Positions 37,601-49,559 of a stretch of 64,000 nucleotides of DNA are shown here, one piece after another. The stretch is from assembly GCA_951406725.2 (NCBI GenBank), contig OX597816.1:56544001-56608000 (forward strand). Direction: 5' to 3'. Source of the stretch: Octopus vulgaris. Taxonomy: Eukaryota. The notes beneath the pieces are model-generated. The model was not told where the DNA came from. It saw only the letters and a list, made by a program, of their open reading frames with translations, and ran no database searches. The first letter of the stretch is position 1. Each line of letters begins with the position of its first letter. Both the position numbers and the translations under genes were made by a program.

Positions 37601-40600
37601 CCGAAAACATGTGGCACCTGACATGCCCGAAAATCTGACCCTTAACTATCAAATCCTTCATTTTGCCCAAATTCAGACGGAAAACCCTAGCAACGATGTC
37701 GTGTCGATGGGTGTGAGATTGACCCGGGAGGAGTTCGCGAGTGATTTCGTCGCAGCTGGGATTGCACGTGTAGGTGATAAAGAGGTCCGGCCGGCCGTAA
37801 ATGCGCACGTAGGTCAAGGCGTCTTGGGTCCTTTCACGCATATATCGCGGTCCTCCCGTGAAGGTGGAGGGTAGAATGCATGGCTTGCCGATGTTGCGAG
37901 GGTCATTTTCTTGTTGCAAACCGTCACGGAGATGAATGTAGGAGTCGGAGCGAAGTTTGGTCTGATTAAGTTTAATGTATAGCAGCCTTTCCGATTCCAT
38001 TTTTGCGGCCATGTCGACGGCGAACTGGTTGAATAGCTGACGACAACGGGGCAATAAGTTGAACTCACCCTCCCTGACCATGAACCGGTATGAGTAGAAC
38101 GCCCTGCAGGAAACCGTCTTTGATGCCGCAGTAGTTTGATTGGAGGGCTGCCGTAAAGGAATTCCGAAGTGGTAGCCGTCTTCCCCATAAGGGAAAAGCA
38201 ATGGATACTGAAGCGCGTCATAAGATCTGTGAGTCTCGCTGATCCTGTGTAGGTTGTTACCACGGGAGGAGATGATTATGTCACGGCTGTTGTGTTGCTC
38301 TCCGTGTATAACTGCGGCAATTTCGTTGCACGCAGGTGCGTTGAAACGGCGTTCGTGCTCCCCGTGGGGTCGTTTATCAGCATCAATGACAACGGTGAAG
38401 TTTGGAGATGGAGCACTGTCCAAGGCATATCTGAAGCTGCAGACGTAGCTGTTGATATCATGAAGCATGGTTTGGAGACGGAGAAGAATGTCTTTGCGGG
38501 GAACATAGCTTGTACCCGGTATTATTCCAAGGCGTGCATCAACCTGGTGGTTGTAGTCGGCAATGAAGTATATTTGGAGGAAAGAAGACTGCTGAATCTC
38601 GTCTGGCAGAAGTGACCCAATAAGATGGTAGACCTGTCCCTGCACTTTGAAAGTAGGCATCCAGCCTTCTCTGGGAGGAATTTTGGCCCCGAAAGAGGTC
38701 ATTTGGAATGAGCAGTTGTACTTTCGAATTATTTCAAGGAATTGTGACGAATCGGGGTTAAACCCGCCGCGAGATCCTTCAGTGGTTGAGGTGGTTCCCG
38801 TAGGGGTGGCAGGTCCACTTTGCCACCAGAGCAGCACAAACCAGGTGGCTCTCCGGGCCATTTCTTGGCTTTGCAAAACTGGCATACAATTGTCATTGAC
38901 CCTATCTTGATGTCGTCACGCAAGGAGAAGTTAATTGTGGCGTCGTAGTTGAATGCTAGTGACAACCAGAAAGCGGGGGCAGGGGTACGTACACCACGAA
39001 TGATATCCCGACGTTTGTTGATACTCTCAAGTCGAGTGCACCGTGCCTCAGCAGATTCAGATGCACGTGCGATAGCGGTAGCAGTGGCATCCCTTGAAAG
39101 CCTTTCAGCTCTCGCCTCAGCACCCTCTGAAGCCCTAGCAGAAGCAGTGTTAATGGCATGTCTGGATGTCCGAATAGTCCGTTGGTGTGGAGTTTCGGCA
39201 GATCGAGCCCTGGCTGTGTTTGCGGCGTTAGCAGCTTGGCGAGCTCTCCTCTGTTGAGGTGTTTCGGCAGCTTTGGCCATGGCTTTGTTTGCGGCGTCAG
39301 CATCTTGGCGAGTTCTCCTCTGCTGTGAGGTTTCGACAGATCGTGTCCTGGCGGTGCTAGTGGCGTTAGCCGCATTCCGAATGGCCCTTTGTTCGGGGTT
39401 CTCGCGAGCTCTGCGGATGGAAGCACAGTAAGAAGCCCGCATGTTTTGGCTGGACTGTTGCTCTTTCGTCAACCTCGAGCGGAGGGAAGATCTGTACGCT
39501 GCGACCCTTGCAAGTCGGGTAGAACGGTCGCTAGTAGTTTCAGATGCCTGAGCAGCGGCATAACGGGAAGCTGTTTGCGAGAGGCGCAAGGCGGTTTCCT
39601 CGTGGGTCTCGCGTGCCCTTCTAGCCCTAGCAGCCGATGCCTTGGCCGTCCGAGGGCTGAGGAGGGTCCTTCTCTTCTTGGGTGGCATTTTGGTGGATAG
39701 CAATGTGTTTGGCAAAGGTGTAATAAAAAGGAACACGTGGGGTAAGTATTTTGGTGGATAGCAATGTGTTTGGTAAAGGTGTAATAAAAAGGAGCTCGTG
39801 GGGTAAGTATCCGAAAATGTATAAAAATGTACAAAAACGGCCAAAAAGCTGGCAGCAATGTGACTGACAACAACGAAAAAGTCAAAAGTGATCAAACTGA
39901 ACAAAGGAAAGGAAAAGTTTTTTGATGCACACGACAAAAGTGGTTTATAATAAACCAAGAGTTTGCAAGTAGCGTCCGAGGACCGTTAGGGTACGTCAAA
40001 AATTGAAGGTAAAACGTTTGGGGTGGTAGTTATAAAGAAAGTTTAAACAAAAAAAGTATTCGAATAACTTGCGGCTGCAGCAGCTATTAGCAGAAGTGGC
40101 GGTGTTGGGGGTAAAGTCTCGAATGTAATTTCTTCCTGGTAGGAATTGGTTGGATCGAATTATCGATAGCTAAAAAGGTCAAGTTGCGTCCCCTAGACAG
40201 TCTGGTTTGTGTTTAATACACAAATTTGTTTGCTATGTGTGCCACATATGATTAAATTAACCGATTTTTTCCAATAATGTATCCTATTGGAATAAAAAGG
40301 GCTATATAGCTCCTTGGAGCAGACATGATGCTCGTTGTGAAAAAAAAAGATTCCTGCCAATTTGTGAAAGATATTGTCGAAAATATGTCATCTGGAATTT
40401 GAACGCGATTTCCCAAAATGGCATGATTTTATCGATTGTTTCTGATGGTAAGGTATTGCATGGAAAACTAACGTCAGAATTGAGTTTCTTAGGGTAACAT
40501 TAAGCTTCACCATGAGTTTGGTGAAAATCGATTGCAAGTTGTGAAAACTACCATAGATAATGCGTTGCATAAAAAAAGCTTAGATTCTCGAGTTGCGTCC

Positions 40601-40838
40601 CCTAGACAGTCTGTGGTTCATGTTTATGATTCTCGACCCCATGTCGAATTTATCAATTTTTTTCAGAACTGGGGGAACTTTTCAAAATTTTCGCTGCGTT
40701 AGTTTTGAATTATGACATTGGGCTATGTGTGTGTCAAGTTTCATCAGAATCGGTTGAAAGCCGTGGTCAGGGTGAGGGTACGAGAAAACAGACACACAGA
40801 AGCACGCACAGACAAACTGCCGTTTATATATAGAGAGA
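34697..40838 (-). mobile_element. Full-length Helitron (6.1 kb)
   Basis: 5' A|TCTCTCTATATATAAACG at 40838; 3' hairpin CCCGG-GCAACG-CCGGG (34724-34709), then CTAG|T at 34697; inserted between A and T; RepHel inside. Confidence 0.95.
34819..39688 (-). CDS. Helitron Rep/Helicase: 23-aa (STPR-like) repeats, zinc finger, HUH/Y2 Rep domain, PIF1-family helicase; two 1-nt frameshifts
   Basis: Likely start MPPKKRR; CQFCKAKKWPGEPPGLCC; VEWQKRGLPHAHIL; YVCKYINKG; FLDAPGGTGKT; WDECTM; GDFRQTLPV; AMSINKSQGQT; HGQLYVGCSRV. Joined from ORFs 38729..39958, 34752..38885 and 34819..35181. Confidence 0.95.
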
Positions 40839-40941
40839 TATATATATATATATATATACGCAAAATATATAGGGTAGCGAGTCTTTTTAGGAATTTCACT
40901 ACCAGTGGACTTAGCATGTATAAAAAGTCAATAGACAACAT

Positions 40942-41127
40942 ATAAAATTAATGTACATTTAAACACAAGAGAGGCGGCTTTTAACAGGCAGCCTTACACG
41001 CTAGAAGAAACAGTTGAAAAATTGGTCTTAAATGTGGTTTTGGTCGTTTTTGACTGCTTCTTCTAGCGTATAAAGCTGCCTGTTAAAGGCCGCCTCTTTT
41101 CTGTATAAGTGTACACTAATTTTGTAT
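40942..41127. repeat. Imperfect inverted repeat (~80-bp arms)
   Basis: AGAGGCGGCTTTTAACAGGCAGCCTTACACGCTAGAAGAA pairs with TTCTTCTAGCGTATAAAGCTGCCTGTTAAAGGCCGCCTCT. Confidence 0.8.
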
Positions 41128-41218
41128 GGTTCATATATATATCTATATATATCTACACATACATAACTATACATACATACATACATACATACATACATAC
41201 ATACATACATACATACAT

Positions 41219-42676
41219 GAGCTGAAAAAGAGCCTTGACCTAGTTACAACATTCTCAAAGGATGAAGGGTTGGAGTTTGGTCAGGATAAATGTTGTTATA
41301 TGGTTACGAAAAAGGGGAAAACTATAATCCAGACTAGTAACATCTCCGTTAATGCTTTGACTGTTTCCCCTGTATCTGACGGGGAATGTTACAGGTATCT
41401 AGGGGTGGGTGAAAATATATCTTATAATGGCACTTGTAACAAAACATGTATCACTAAAGAATATTACATGCGAATAAAGAACATTTCGACCTCAGAACTC
41501 TCTGCATTCAATGAGACAGTGGTCCACAATGTATTTGCAGTGCCAGTACTTATACCAACATTTGGGCTTGCTTGATTGGACGCGTGATGAGACCTGAGCC
41601 ATTAATGTGAAAACCCAGAATATACTAACAAGCACACATAATTTCCACATAAACAGTGATGTAGACCGCCTCTACCTAAAACGAAAGAAGAGGCTTAACA
41701 TCAATCCAGACTGCCTTTAAATGTCGTAACATCTTTTAACTACCAACTGTTGAAGTTCATCCCTTGACCAAGTTTTCATACATGAGACTGATGACCTCAT
41801 TAGACATAGATGGGAGCTCCTTGAGGAACATTCTTTGTCTGATAATCTTAAATACATGCCCAAAGAAGCCGCACGACTCTACCACAACGTATCATCAGAT
41901 GAAAGAATGAGACTATATGAGCCGAAGACTATGTATGGATATGTTTGTTAGTAGAAAGCTCCGAGATGGTAGTAACATCGATCATCAGAGCAGTCTATCA
42001 TGGACCAACTAACCGGATTAACACCTCCCTCTTTGAAGGGTATGCGTTTGCAATCAAGGAATAGGAAATATCAACCAAGTACCTGATGCACAAAAGGGAT
42101 AGAAATGCGGGAGAAGCTGTAAAATGTGACAACCGATGCAAACTTTCCAAAGATATCACCCACATCATAATCAGTTGTTCGAAAATGTCATCACGGTATT
42201 ATCTACCGATGAGACATGATGTTGTAGCTAGAACACTCTATAATGAAATCCATCTGAAGGATAATCCCGAGGACAAAGAAATAAAATCCCACAGTATGGT
42301 AGAAGACCATAATGAAAAGGAATACGGGTGGAATGTGCCAGTCAAGACCTCAATAAAATTTAAGAGCAACAGACCTGATATAATGATTTGGGAACTAATG
42401 AAAAACCTACAGACCTACAGATTACAAGTTCATGTTTATACCTGTAATTATTGGGGCCCTGGGATATGTAACACACTGCCTAAATCTTACGAAATTAGGC
42501 TTCTCAGAACCAGAGAGGAGAAAGCTAATTCGAAGACTATAGATCCAGCCCATCACTGGAACAGTAAAATCTGTAAAACTTTCCAGAAGTTTATCATTTA
42601 AATATGTATGAGCTTGTCTAGATATGTAACTATATGCATGAGAAGACATACATAAAACAAAACATACAAATCTGCA
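41219..42676 (+). mobile_element. 5'-truncated, degraded R4/Dong-clade LINE (end of RT, CCHC-like finger, restriction-like endonuclease)
   Basis: LEFGQDKC, YRYLGV, CDNRCK..HIIISC, RHDVVAR, NRPDIMIW; 5' junction at (TACA)n. Confidence 0.85.
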
Positions 42677-42677
42677 C

Positions 42678-42718
<41 letters not shown>

Positions 42719-42814
42719 CACAAGCCAACGGGATCACTTATGGATAGCGGTCAAAAGGAGACAAATAGTAACGAAGTCTTTCTCTCCTCCATTTTCTAGA
42801 GAGGTTATAGGCCA

Positions 42815-42877
42815 ATGGGTTTATTGTCTGAGGAAACGCTAAGCCTTTTGTTGATGTGAAACAACGTGTAAACCCAT
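42815..42877 (+). ncRNA. Candidate hammerhead motif in a (TA)n-embedded module
   Basis: atgggttt..CTGAGGA..GAAA-ca-acg-tg-TA-aacccat; helix II weak. Confidence 0.4.
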
Positions 42878-42898
42878 AAACCGGCCATATCTATCGTC

Positions 42899-43011
<113 letters not shown>

Positions 43012-43248
43012 CAAGATAAGAAAATGGAGAAATACATCTAAATCAAATATCAATTACCAGATAATACTCAATCACATACTTTATTAAACCACCACCTAAG
43101 AGACTGTAGGGTTAGATATAAAAAGCAGAACAAATCAGTCTACATAAAGGAATGTACAGAAAAAAGGGTACATAAAAAAGTAATGTTGTATAATAAGTAG
43201 AATATATATAAAAGAGAATATAAATATAAAAAAATATAAATATAAGTA

Positions 43249-43394
43249 TATATTACATCTTACAGCTGTTTCGGCCATGTAGATAAGTATGTCTCATTTT
43301 ACCAATATTAGCCTTTTATGGTAGGTCAATATATAGATATAAATGAGACATTTACAAAAATATCATAAGGCCTCTTCGGAGATTATGTAATATA
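43249..43394 (-). ncRNA. Hammerhead motif with U4C core and extended helix II
   Basis: atct-CCGAAGA-ggcc..ggcc-GAAACAGCTGTA-agat; helix I extends via TATTACAT/ATGTAATA; an inner hairpin pairs TGTCTCATTT with AAATGAGACA. Confidence 0.6.
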
Positions 43395-43550
43395 AAACAG
43401 TCTACATATATACCCACATGGGTGTAGGTGCATATCCATAATACAACATATACATATACATATGTATTAACTTTGTTGAGTACTTCACTAGCAGTATATT
43501 GGATATATGTTATCCCATGGAGGGTTGCATTTACAACACCTATCTCAATT

Positions 43551-43594
<44 letters not shown>

Positions 43595-43879
43595 CATATA
43601 TATATCTGGAACTCGACTGAGAATAGAAAACTCCGAATGATCCTTCCTTGTTTTCCTTGTATCGTCTGTCTGGATATTTTGTTGTCCCATTTTTGTTTCA
43701 CCTAACTATCTGGATGTTTTACGTTCTTGTCCCATTTTTGTATTATATATATATAAATATATAATACAATATGTGCATGTGTAGGCGTGTGGATGATGGT
43801 GTAGTGGCCAGTGCTAGTATGTATGTATGTATGTATGTATGTATAAATTTCAGCCTGCTAGCCTTCATCGGCTTCATAT

Positions 43880-44300
43880 AAACTTTGAAAATTTTGTATC
43901 TGCAGGGAATGGAGGAGCTATGTTACATAGTACATAGGTTGTAGGGTGAGTTCTAATAGAAAGGTATTAAAGGTTTTACTATTTAAAGTCGGAGTTCTAT
44001 TATTGTTCAGTGTTCAGTCAAGCGTGTAAAACTTTGTAATCAGCTGTGTCTATTTAGGTTGTATCAGCTTTAGGTCATGGGGTTGTTCTTGAAGGGTTCA
44101 CAAATGAATGTCGGTAGGTGAAAATGTTAGTTGGTTCGCAGATGCGTAACTCGGTTAAATTGCTGATGTTATTCGGACGTTTTCTGAAAGATTTACCTTT
44201 TACGTTTAGTGGAGGTGAAGTTTGTGCGCTATATTTATATAAATATTCCTTCCATTCGGCTTGAAGCGTTGATATTTGTAATATATTATTTTTGGAAATG
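43880..44300 (-). mobile_element. Heavily degraded Penelope-like endonuclease fragment
   Basis: YRHSFVNPS and PYNLC remnants; truncated hammerhead-like CCGATGA..GAAA just downstream at ~43847-43871. Confidence 0.35.
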
Positions 44301-44383
44301 TGCATATACTGAAATACGGGGCACTATAAAAATGTGTGCGTACACCTATCTACAAATGAATTCGCAGGCATATACATATATAC

Positions 44384-44431
<48 letters not shown>

Positions 44432-44499
44432 CTATCTATCTTTATGTGTGTGTGTGTCTGTGTGTATAATTGTCTTAAAGATAGATAGATAGATAAATA

Positions 44500-44602
<103 letters not shown>

Positions 44603-45317
44603 TTCTATGCGGTTTCCCTAATTCTACCAATTTCCTTGGCTATTAACTAAAATGGCGTCATTCCTCTCCAGATATTTCAACTGGGTCTTAGTGTTAATTC
44701 CTGCTTTAATTTCTTGTTTTGCTATTTTTAAACGTTTTGCATTTCGTTTATGCATTCCTTTATATTCGAAGACGACCATTTTACCATCTTGAAAATCAAA
44801 GAAGAACCTGTTATAATGCTAACTGCAACTTTCCAGTTATCGATCACATTGCGTGTATCATATATTTGTCTGCTCGTTTCCACTGGAAGTTCCTCTTTCT
44901 TCGACTGACACAATCTTAGCCTAACACATCACAAAGCAGATTGCTTTCCAGACGAGACGTTTAAAAATTTGCATTTAGATATAGAAAGGCATTAATATCA
45001 TGCTTTTTGACCTCCTTGTTCTGCGTGTTTTCTTTATTAATGTTGTTGTTGCTATTGTTCTTGAACATGCTGCTCTTGTTGTTGTTGTTGTTGTTGTTGC
45101 TGTTGTAGTTGTTGTTGTTGTTGTTGCTATTGCTACTGCTGTCATTGTTACTACAGCACTTACAGTTTCTGCTGGTGAAGTTCACGACGTTATTGTGTCT
45201 GCTGTTTCGATGTTGTTGGTTTAACACTCGCTGCTAAATCTGTTCAGATTATCGTTGGTGAGTTGGAAAAAAATCGGTAGAGCGTCCGACAAAACACCTC
45301 TACTCTTTTCTCTTTTT

Positions 45318-45537
45318 TTTTTTACTCTCTTTTACTTGCTTCAGTCATTTGACTGCGGCCATGCTGGAGCACCGCCTTTAGTCGATCAAATCGACCCCGG
45401 GACTTATTCTTTTTGTAAGCCAAGTACTTATTCTATCGGTCTCTTTTGCCGAACCGCTAAGTAACGGGGACGGAAACACACCAGCATCGGTTGTCAAGCA
45501 ATGCTAGGGGACAAACACAGACACACAAACACACACA

Positions 45538-45609
<72 letters not shown>

Positions 45610-45777
45610 CATATATACGACGGGCTTCTTTCAGTTTCCGTCTACCAAATCCACTCACAAGGCTTTGGTCGGCCCGAGGCTATAGTAGAAGACACTTGCC
45701 CAAGGTGCCACGCAGTGGGACTGAACCCGGGACCATGTGGTTGGTAAGCAAGCTACTTACCACACAGCCACTCCTAC
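45318..45777 (-). mobile_element. Full-length CORE-type tRNA SINE with internal (TA)n
   Basis: Near-identical reverse complement of 46918-47326; CORE-like ACCTTGGGCAAGTG. Confidence 0.9.
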
Positions 45778-46392
45778 ACCTCTGTGTATTTGTCGCGGTG
45801 CTTTCGCTTCAAACTCAACTTTACCATTAATTCTTCAAGGATCAATAAAATAAAATACCAATCATCAAATAGAGTTCGATTACAATCGATTCTTTCGTTC
45901 TCGCAACTTCTGAGACCGTGTATCAATCTAAGAAAGCAATATTATTGTTGATGGGGTTTTTATTAAAATCGCTCCAATTGCTGCTGCTGCTACTGCTGCT
46001 GCTACTGTTTGAGGAACTCTTATTGTTTGAGTTAACGGTGATAGAAGGGAAAAAGCGATTGGGGTTCTGCTGTTAATGTGGTAGTTGTGCATGTGGTATT
46101 CTAAGATGTTATTCTAGTAGTAGCAGCTGTTACAGTGTTGTTATTTTGGTGGCGGTGGCGGTGGCGTTGGTGATGGTGGCGTTGGTGATGGTGGCGGCGG
46201 CGGCGCAGTGAGGGCAGCGACGGCGGTGGCCTCGGCGGTAGTGGTTTAAGGGTGTTGGGGATGGTGGCTTTTTTATGATGTAAAATTGTTGACCCTACTA
46301 TGGTGTGTAGTCGAGAAAATCAAAAACAAACAATGTGCATGCGCGAAATAAGAAATGTAAAATGGCGACAATTTGCCCTCGCACCCTGTATG

Positions 46393-46460
<68 letters not shown>

Positions 46461-46717
46461 CAAAGCAATTAAGATTCAAGTAACTTCCAATGAATTTACT
46501 TGAATGTGGTACTTAACTTAGATGCACCAGAAAAACTATATGGTGTTATCCATACAGTATAACCTCACCCACTAAGATGTCTAGAGAACTCAAATGTATT
46601 TTAGCTGATGAGTACGGGACACTTTTATCTGCTGCAATTTTTGCAACTTGTAATAAAGCCTGTCTTTGTATGAAACAATTGTACTAAAAACCAATCCATT
46701 CTTGTTGCTTCTTTCTC

Positions 46718-46783
<66 letters not shown>

Positions 46784-46917
46784 ACAGCGGCAACATTCGT
46801 CAATTTCTTGTAAATGGAGCCATAACTCCGAAACATTGAATACAAAGTAAGTTTACATTAATTCATATATTTGTTTTTGTGATTTACCTTGCATTTAGTT
46901 CGCATTGTTCTGGCCTT

Positions 46918-47326
46918 AGGAGTGGCTGTGTGGTAAGTAGCTTGTCTACCAACCACATGGTTCCGGGTTCAGTCCCACTGCGTGGCACCTTGGGCAAGTG
47001 TCTTCTACTATAGCCTCGGGCCGACCAAAGCCTTGTGAGTGGATTTGGTAGACGGAAACTGAAAGAAGCCCGTCGTATATATGTATATATATATATATAT
47101 ATATGCGTGTGTGTGTTTGTGTGTCTGTGTTTGTCCCCTAGCATTGCTTGACAACCGATGCTGGTGTGTTTATGTCCCCGTTACTTAGCGGTTCGGCAAA
47201 AGAGACCGATAGAATAAGTATTGGGCTTACAAAAAGAATAAGTCCCGGGGTCGAGTTGCTCGATTAAAAGCGGTGCTCCAGCATGGCCGCAGTCAAATGA
47301 CTGAAACAAGTAAAAGAGTAAAAGAG
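46918..47326 (+). mobile_element. Full-length CORE-type tRNA SINE with internal (TA)n
   Basis: AGGAGTGGCTGTGTGGTAAG..GGGTTCAGTCCC..CACCTTGGGCAAGTG..TGACTGAAACAAGTAAAAGAGTAAAAGAG. Confidence 0.9.
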
Positions 47327-47334
47327 ATACATAC

Positions 47335-47369
<35 letters not shown>

Positions 47370-47564
47370 CGTGTGTGTGTGTGTCTGTGTGTCTGTGGTG
47401 CTGGACTGTATGCTAGTCCCATATTTAACTGTTTACATTCTAAACACCTAAATACAAGTTGTCCCTGTATATAAACATCTGTATAGTGACTATATAAGTG
47501 CACACACACACTCGTCAGTCTAGTACGTACATAAACATTACACACATGTCGGTGTAAATGTTCT

Positions 47565-47623
<59 letters not shown>

Positions 47624-47655
47624 TTTATTTAAAGCAGCAGAAAATTCAACAAAAC

Positions 47656-47693
47656 CTGTTACTCTGAGTTTCCCGTTGCCGTTCATCGGACAG
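47656..47693 (-). ncRNA. Minimal hammerhead (U4C core) as the loop of a ~120-bp hairpin in (TA)n
   Basis: ctgt-CCGATGA-acg-gcaa-cgg-GAAA-ctc-a-gag-TA-acag; flanking arms 47623-47656 and 47708-47741 are reverse complements. Confidence 0.65.
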
Positions 47694-47824
47694 TTTTTGC
47701 TAGCAAAGGTTTTGTTGAATTTTCTGCTGCTTTAAATAAAGCATATTACTCTACCACTGGTATTTGAGTACTCTTTTTTCCACCTTGTTTCATATTTATG
47801 TGTTTACTCCGGTATATATATACA

Positions 47825-47874
<50 letters not shown>

Positions 47875-48575
47875 TTATGAAGATTCTTTACTGTTCCTCC
47901 ACTCACCCCATCCACCTTCCTTATTTATTTCTTCACCTTAGACCTTCTCAACAAACCACGCTGCCAGTTTTTTTTTCCTTTTCCCGCCACCGACTTTCAG
48001 TCATAGTCATCGTGTATAACTATTGCGGCTTTTTTTCAACAAATTCTGTTCTACAAAAACAATAACATGTAACAAAAACATCTTTGAATGATTATTCCGG
48101 AGTATATTTACCATCTCCTTCCATTACTGCTTCCCATTTGCTTGGCATACAGTCAGATCGTCATTTAAAGATGTTTTTGTTAAAGAAAATTTGTTGAAGA
48201 AAAGCCGCAATAATTATGCACCAGCCCAATATCTTTTCAAGACCAGCATCAAGTTGTCATGTAAAGGGAAGCAATTCTTTATCAAGGGAGATAACTCTTA
48301 AAGGCGGTTTACATTGGACCAAAAGAAAATGTTACTGTCGGTCCTCAGCAAGTACAGTTCTGATCAAAGGAAGTTCAAATATGACTATCCCGTCTTTTTT
48401 GTGAGGAACTAGTACTTTTAATACGAAGCTATGAAATACGTTTTTCTTTTGGCAAAAAAGGACAGGATGTGAACTTAATCAGATCCAACCATGTAACACA
48501 TCATGTTACATTATCAATGGTCTGTCTGTGTTAGTGGCATGTCGCATATCCTATTACAGTCATACTGGTGAGACA

Positions 48576-49147
48576 AATCTGTTGGTGAGTCGAGTAGAGA
48601 GCTGAATCCATTTTACATTCAGAAACATCTGTGAGACGTGACTCCGAAAGCTAAATATACACGAACACTGGCTGCGGGCTTTTCCAGAACGGTTTCCATC
48701 GTTCTACAATAATTATAATAATGACATTATTGTGTATAGAGCTCAGGTGCACTGCAACTCATCAAAGGTGCACGTACACTACATAGAATTATGTAGAAAA
48801 TTCAGGAAAGTAAACAGTGTATGAGTCATGATATACATGTGTGCATACGTATGGAGGGGAGGATATCAGGTGTAGTGTTGGTGAATTTCAGGAAGCATGG
48901 CGGTTTTGAAGGATGCAAAGTAGATATACGAGTATTCGGCTGACGTCATTCCCATACGTGTAAGAATTTGTTGATGAGCCGAGTGGAGAGCGAAATCCGT
49001 TTTACACACAGAAACAGCTGTCAGACACGATTTCGCAAGTCAACAATGCACGAACACCGGCCGCAAACTTTTCCACAACGGTTTTCGTCGTTCTGCTCAT
49101 AGACAAACGACTATTCAGCTGACGTCATTGCCATACGTGTAGAATCT
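48576..49147. repeat. Diverged ~180-bp tandem repeat interrupted by a ~215-bp insert
   Basis: 48576-48705 resembles 48964-49094; 48930-48968 resembles 49109-49147. Confidence 0.65.
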
Positions 49148-49559
49148 ATTCCAAACCATCACGAATGTTTCAGAGTCTTTTAGCAAACCGGACAAAATAA
49201 TTAGCGGCATTTCTTCCGGCTATTTACGTTCTGAGTTCAATTCCAGCTGAAGTCAACTTTATCTTTCATCCTTTCGGAGTTTATGAAACAAGTACTAGTT
49301 GTGCGCTGTGGTCGATGTAATTGACCTACTCCCACGAAAATGCTGGTCTTGTGCCGAAATTAAAAACCAATATTTCAGGGATTTCAAGAAATTATCGCGA
49401 TACTAAGGTTTACAAGTTCTTTTGTATATGAACGCATCAGCGCGTGGAATCTAGGAAATGTCCTCTTCGCCATCTACCACTATAATCTATAGAACCCAAG
49501 TGTTTAATACCGTATGTATTACTCGACTTGCAGTGAACTGTGATCACTTGACAACATAC

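Noticed and set aside
35068-39885. Antisense and alternate-frame ORFs inside the Helitron (likewise inside Tx1 ORF2)
   Set aside because: Shadow ORFs of GC-rich coding sequence.
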